Positions 58,501 through 64,000 of a DNA stretch of 64,000 nucleotides are shown one piece after another (position 1 is the first letter of the stretch; every line of letters begins with the position of its first letter). Below the pieces are notes generated by a model that saw only the letters and a list, made by a program, of their open reading frames with translations, was not told the DNA's origin and searched no databases. The stretch comes from Asterias rubens (Eukaryota), in contig NC_047072.1 of NCBI RefSeq assembly GCF_902459465.1, forward strand, positions 8,618,001-8,682,000. The letters are read 5' to 3'. The position numbers and the translations under genes were made by a program.

Positions 58501-61500
58501 AAGTGTGTCTTTAGCACGTTTCAATGACTTGTTCTTCCTGTCCGACTTATGTCTCATGCGATGTTGGTCATCATAAACTGAATCTTCAGATGACCTGTTG
58601 CTGACAGTGTGACTTGTTCGATGGCTCCTCAGGTTTTCGGAGATGGGGTTTTCTTCATTGACTTTCTTACCATCTGCATGATTGTATTGAAATCTTCTCT
58701 TGTCTGATGCTTCTTCAAGTTTGTCTTTATCATGTCCTCTGAGCTTTTTATGAGGTGCAGCAAGGGAAGATCTATGGCTAGACTTTAGTTCTTGCTTTCT
58801 TCCTGAACTATGTTTCCGTTTCCTCCTGGTCCAAAACCCATCGGATTTATCTGTACTATGTGATTCTTTTCTTTTTTCCTTTTGTTCTTTTACCATTTTT
58901 TTCTGTTTCTCATTATCAGCCTTCATTAGTTCTGGCTTCCTCTCCCTGGAATCTGAACGTTTAGAGCTTCGATCAGAACCCCTTGACCTTCCCCTGGATT
59001 TAGAACGTTCCTTAGACTTACTCCGATGTGGGCTATGGCTTTGGCTGTGCCTTTTATTATCTCCAACAGAATCCTTCGAGTGTTTAGAGGAACTACAAAC
59101 CGACCACTGTTTGAGTTCAGGAGATCGCTGTCGAGGCAATGTTTCATGCTGTGTTCTTTCCCTATAGTCTTTGGTTTTGTTTGGGCTCCTGCGGCTTGCT
59201 TCCCTGCGAGAATTTCTAACTGGTAGGTTGTTGTCTCTTTGTCTTCCTTGCCTCTTACCAGTCCTGCTATGACCATCATTAGAGTATTTCCTCATCACAT
59301 CTGCCTTCACAAAGGGCTGCTCCTCAGAATGATTGTCACTGTGGTTGGTTACTCTTTCTCCATTTCTTAGTTGATCGGATCTGACCAGTAAAGTCTCTGC
59401 ACTAGTTTTATCTGGTCTCTCATTCTGTCCCGAATGATTCACCTGTTGAATACCTGCAGGTATATTTCTACTATCAGTTCCTCGTTGACCTCCAGGTCCT
59501 TGATTGTCAATGTTTATCTCATGGTCGCCGCCACTCAAGTTTCTACTAAAGTTGCCTCTTGAATTGTTTCTCATATTCCGAAGTCTGTCATTGATGGAAG
59601 ATTGGAAGTCCTTCCGCTTCTGCTGGTATCTTGGTCTCCTGCAAGCAAATAAATATTTAAAACAGTGAATCTCAGAGTGAAAACATATGATGTTTGGCAA
59701 TTTGTCCAGGTTACTACAGAAAATTTCTCAATAGGTTAAACTTTTATGTAAACCCAAACAGAAATCAAAAGACCCTATTCATTACAATTGTAAAGACATG
59801 CTTCTGGAGGGCGGGTATAAAAAACACTTGGACATTCACTTTTGTAGCCTGCACAGTGCGTCCACTTAACATGTTCTATTTTGTTCGCCCTGTTAGAAAA
59901 CATAGTTTAACATATAAACTGTCTTTGTTTGAACAAACAATGAAGAATATAAATTTCATTATTTTAGGTTTGCTAGAATTGAAAGAATATCAGACTCAAA
60001 ATCAAAATTCGAACCTCATTTTTGTTTTGAAAGATATTCGTAAACTAAAAACAAAAGACCCAGGTCCGGTTTTGAGTTTACTGGCCCAGCTTTCAAATCA
60101 CAGGTCTCTGGTCTGCAACCTTACGTGTAAACTTTGAGCTCTGACATGATCTGACTCAAGTGTAACGTTTGTAAGTGCATACCTATTTTCTAGCTCTTCC
60201 ATTTGTCTGTCCTTTCTCCTGAGTTCTGCCTGTGCTGTCTTGAATAATTCTGATATGTTTCTTTTGAGTATGACATTCTCCTCTTCCAACGTCTTACACT
60301 GAAATAAAGAAAAAACCACGACAACCAACAAATTAAAACATGATTGGTTTAAAGACGAAAGGGACTTTCATAACCCCAGCATTATCCCTAGGCTTTGTTG
60401 ACCTCCCTAGTTTACCTCATTCCACAGCTGTCTCTCTTATGCCACTCGAAACCGAATTATTTGGACTTCTGATTTGATTGGATGGAATATCATATTTGAA
60501 AGGGCAAGGCTATTTCCATTTTGCAAAGGGCACTTCCACTGGAAAGTCTTAGTCTCAAGGGAATTTTTAAGGCGACACCATTTTTAAATCTAATCAGCAT
60601 GATAATGAGCCACATGGTGGGGGAGGCGGGGGTGTTAGTCCTGAAGTCTAAAAGCGTTATCATACATAATATCATACATTGAAGTTAAAAAGGCAGTCAG
60701 GTTGGTGTAGTGGCGTCTTGCCACGCATTCCACCTCTGAGGCACCGGTTCAAATCTTACTGGGGGCGCTTTAGGATTGGGTTTGTCAGTCCCTACATGAC
60801 TCCTTGGGTTTTCTCCTGGAATCATTCTCTGGGGTTTTCCTCCCACATCTAAAGCTGAAATGGCTTCATTGTCTTCTCACCTTGTCCAAGGTCCAATTTC
60901 ATAGCGCTGCTTAGCGGCCGATTTTGTGCTTACTGTGCCATTTCTGTTTCATAGCGCTGCTTACCGTAGGCATGCTAACCCTCCGGTGCTTACCGCACGA
61001 AAATAAATGACGTCACAATGCAAACCGCGGCAAACACGCAATATGGCCGCCCAATTTTTCTGCTAACCTGTGAAATACGCCAAGGCTTAAGCAAAGTTTT
61101 CTGCTACAGTAAGCACGCAAATTTGATTACCGCTAAGCAGCGCTATGAAATTGGGCTCAGATGCTGAACAAGGTTTGACAAGATGTATGTAGAAAAGTAA
61201 TCTGACAAAGAGGAAATGATGAAGTCAAACTCTTACCTTTAGTTGCACACTTTGTAACTGCTCGTCGAGCTGTTTAACCTTGGCTTCATTCTCAACGTTT
61301 GCTTTCTCCAACTGTAGTAAAAAATAAATAAAAAAAGATTTTAAAACTAACATTCTGAATGAGTAACCCAGTTAATAATCTGTTGATCGCAGACTCGAGG
61401 CCAATGGTTTTAGTGTTGGGCCAGTAAACTTATGACCTCGACCTGGCGTGCATGTCTGTAAATCTATCTTGAACAGAAACACCATTCGTCCAAAAGGCAG

Positions 61501-61880
61501 GTGAGATAAATCTTCTCTTTGTTTCGAGTCCAATAAACATTTTCAAATATAAGCCCTGTGGTATATAAACAAGGGGCCTGAGAATATTACAGAGACCTTG
61601 ATGACCATGGCATCTGTTGCCTCTGGTCTTGCCCTCGGCTGCCCCTGGTCTCGGCCTTGTCGCCCCTTCAAAAGGTTCCTAGATACTTTAGAATGTAAAC
61701 TGAAAATGGCCTTGCCCTCTCAAAGATGAAATTCCAGGCCTGCCTGGGGTAAAGTACATGTAGTTTGTACATGTATACACTTACTTGGTCAACAGATACA
61801 TGTACTCCTGGAGTCTGCTGCTCAAGCAGGAGGTCACTGTAGATGTCAAAGGTCGAAAGGTTACTCGCTTCCTCATCCAT
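55531..61880 (-). CDS. CASP8AP2: CASP8-associated protein 2 / FLASH orthologue, 1464 aa
   Basis: Exons 61880-61785, 61311-61237, 60298-60183, 59638-55531 (4395 nt, in frame). The N-terminus FDIYSDLLLEQ ... LEEENVILKRNISELFKTAQAELRRKDRQM matches the FLASH LDLY motif plus coiled coil (human [23 protein letters not shown]). The rest is a 4.1-kb low-complexity exon. Confidence 0.8.
60683..60870 (+). mobile_element. Degenerate tRNA-derived SINE
   Basis: TGGTGTAGTGG (A box), GGTTCAAATC (B box), GGGTTTTCTCC..GGTTTTCCTCCCAC core. Confidence 0.55.
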
Positions 61881-63239
61881 ATTAAAGTTTTTGACATTAA
61901 TTTGAGATTAGACAGGGCCAACAACCTGAAAATAAATGAGTAAAAGTTTTAGTTGGCACCCGGAAGAATGACATCAATTAGGGAGATCGCTAACTTTAGG
62001 GCTAGATAGCCCAGTTGGTAGCATGTTAATCCAGTAGTTGCCAGCTCAAGTCCCGCCAATTTTAAAAAATTTAATTTTGAACTAAAGTCTGCCTACATAA
62101 TTAGAAGTTGTAGGGCTGAGGCACAAAATTTAAAAAGTTGGCCAGAAGTAAATTTATAAACACGGATATCTGCCAGCCTGATCTTTGATTGTACATGTAT
62201 CACCCTTCATCCTAGCTTTGTCTTTGAAAAAAATAAAGTTTAGTGAGCAGATCTGTTTTTCAATATTCTCCCCTTTTTGAGTGGAAGTTTTTACAGCATC
62301 ACTTCAGACACTGACACAGAGTTAAAAATTGAACGATATTTCAACTTGTCCTTTTATTTTTGAGCACTGGATTTATAGTCTATACTCTTCTTGACTTCAT
62401 TCATTCAGCATCTTTTCAAGACAATTCAAGTGGTGAAAAAGATGGCGTGGCCGTGGTGTTCAAAAGCTGTTTCAAGAATCAAATAATTAATAAGGTTTAT
62501 TGCGATTCAGAACCCGATGCTTTGTGGGCAAGGCATATGGGGCAGTTTGCTATGCGATGTACGCTGTCATGCACGCCTCGCGCACGCATCGCCTATATCT
62601 TTGTGTGGGTTCAACAGCGCCCTCTTTTGGTATTTTGCTTTTGGCGATAAACTTTATGCAAGTATAAGCGTCAAGGGGTTGCACCGTAAAAAAAACATGT
62701 ATGTATTACAAGGAAAAACGCTGGTATTACATAATTTTTATTGACAATTGTGACCTTACTTATATGGCTTTTACCCATCATACACCGATGCGTGTTAGCA
62801 CGGACCTTTGTTGGTTGACTTTCGTTTGTTGAATGTTTATTTTTAAACAATACTATAAATCTTTTACTTGACTATTGACTTGTTTTGACTTTTTGAGCCT
62901 GCATTATATATAACTTATATTTTATAAATAAAAGTAAACATCATGCATGAACATGGTCATGGTTGATCAGTGTTGATGAAACATGGCAATAACATTACAA
63001 ATTAACATAATAATAATTTAATCAATCATGACATTTGATTAAACGATTGAGTTAGTTTTAATGACATCATGATGATTGAAAATCACAAACAAAGTAAATA
63101 AGAATTGTAATTAATTGTAAATAAATTAGAATTAGATATATAATATTGATTGTAAATGTAATGTAATTGTTGTGGATGTTTAATTGTTAATTAATTCGGA
63201 TTGTTGTTTGTTCATGTTTGTGTAGTTCTTTGTACTTAC

Positions 63240-63430
63240 AATTGTAAGAACATCAAAGGGCATCAAAGTAGGACTTGAAACATAGTTTTAACTTCACTTC
63301 AAAGAAGCAAAATACACGGAAAATGAACTTAAAGGGTACACACCCGTACGTATGTGTTCACCCAATACCACTCACACTCGCGGCGTACGGTGCATTGTAA
63401 GATCATGTATGGCGCGCGTAAACTTTCAAC
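63240..63430 (-). promoter_or_regulatory. Candidate 5'UTR exon and promoter of CASP8AP2
   Basis: Minus-strand donor GTAAGTA at 63239; CpG-rich stretch 63340-63420 with an E2F-like TGGCGCGCGTAAA near 63410-63422. Confidence 0.35.
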
Positions 63431-64000
63431 TTCCCAATATCCTCTTTCAAAACTGTTTATGTATACGCAAAAATTTGCTCAAGAATTAAACGTTAAACTA
63501 TAACTGTTTAAAAATTACATGTTGTAATAATTTTGCAAACAAGTTTCAATTTTTTTTTATTTTGCAACAATTTAGTTTTTATATAAAAATATCAGATTGT
63601 TCTCCTAATAAAAATCTTAACGTTTCACAGAAACTCTTTATGGCACCCGAGTGGTCGTAAAAATGGGTGTACATGAATCATCTATGCAAGTCTGGGTGCC
63701 GTACTTTGTTCCGAATGTTCCGCGTGGGACTGTTTTTAGATCCGCGGAGTAGATGGTGCTGCAGCACATTATTGAAAGTTAACAAAACTACAAAATGCTT
63801 ACTATTATTTAGTAAAACAAAAATAAACATGCTTAAAAATAAATTAAAAGATGTAAAAAAGGTACAATAAAAAAATTGAATCATTTATTGATAAATTTAG
63901 ATTTATTCCAAATTTTATTTGGTCTCAGATATATAAGGCAATATAGTTTGGAGTATCATATTGTTCCGGCTGAAATCCGCGATTCCGGACCGGTGCACTT

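Noticed and set aside
56306-59279. Multiple overlapping ORFs within the large FLASH exon, plus 9784-10092 opposite SLC22 exon 1
   Set aside because: Antisense or alternate-frame shadows of biased coding sequence, with no independent motifs.

Overview
Eukaryotic, AT-rich, intron- and repeat-rich animal DNA; the repeat families suggest a sea star or other echinoderm (inference, not verified). I rebuilt six spliced protein-coding genes by hand, all with GT-AG junctions and consistent exon phases: (1) an SLC22/OCT-like transporter on the minus strand, whose 3' end runs off the window start; (2,3) two tandem ecto-5'-nucleotidase (NT5E/CD73-like) paralogues on the plus strand; (4) an uncharacterised TROVE/Ro60-like VWA protein (+); (5) an SLC46 (PCFT/SLC46A3-like) MFS transporter (-); (6) a CASP8AP2/FLASH orthologue (-). 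The most interesting system is the NT5E pair. Copy 2 is canonical with a GPI-type tail. Copy 1 keeps every metal ligand but has a remodelled nucleoside pocket, and it stops just before the hydrophobic GPI tail, exactly where an antisense LINE tail begins. The exon cores of the two copies look homogenised by gene conversion. Other notable items: a 2.4-kb quasi-palindrome made of two independent CACTA-type insertions, a triplicated splice acceptor with a decoy site in SLC22, Penelope-type hammerhead-like motifs (one 9 nt from the NT5E copy 1 ATG), and a FLASH that appears to lack its C-terminal SANT domain. All alignments were done by eye; no database searches were run.
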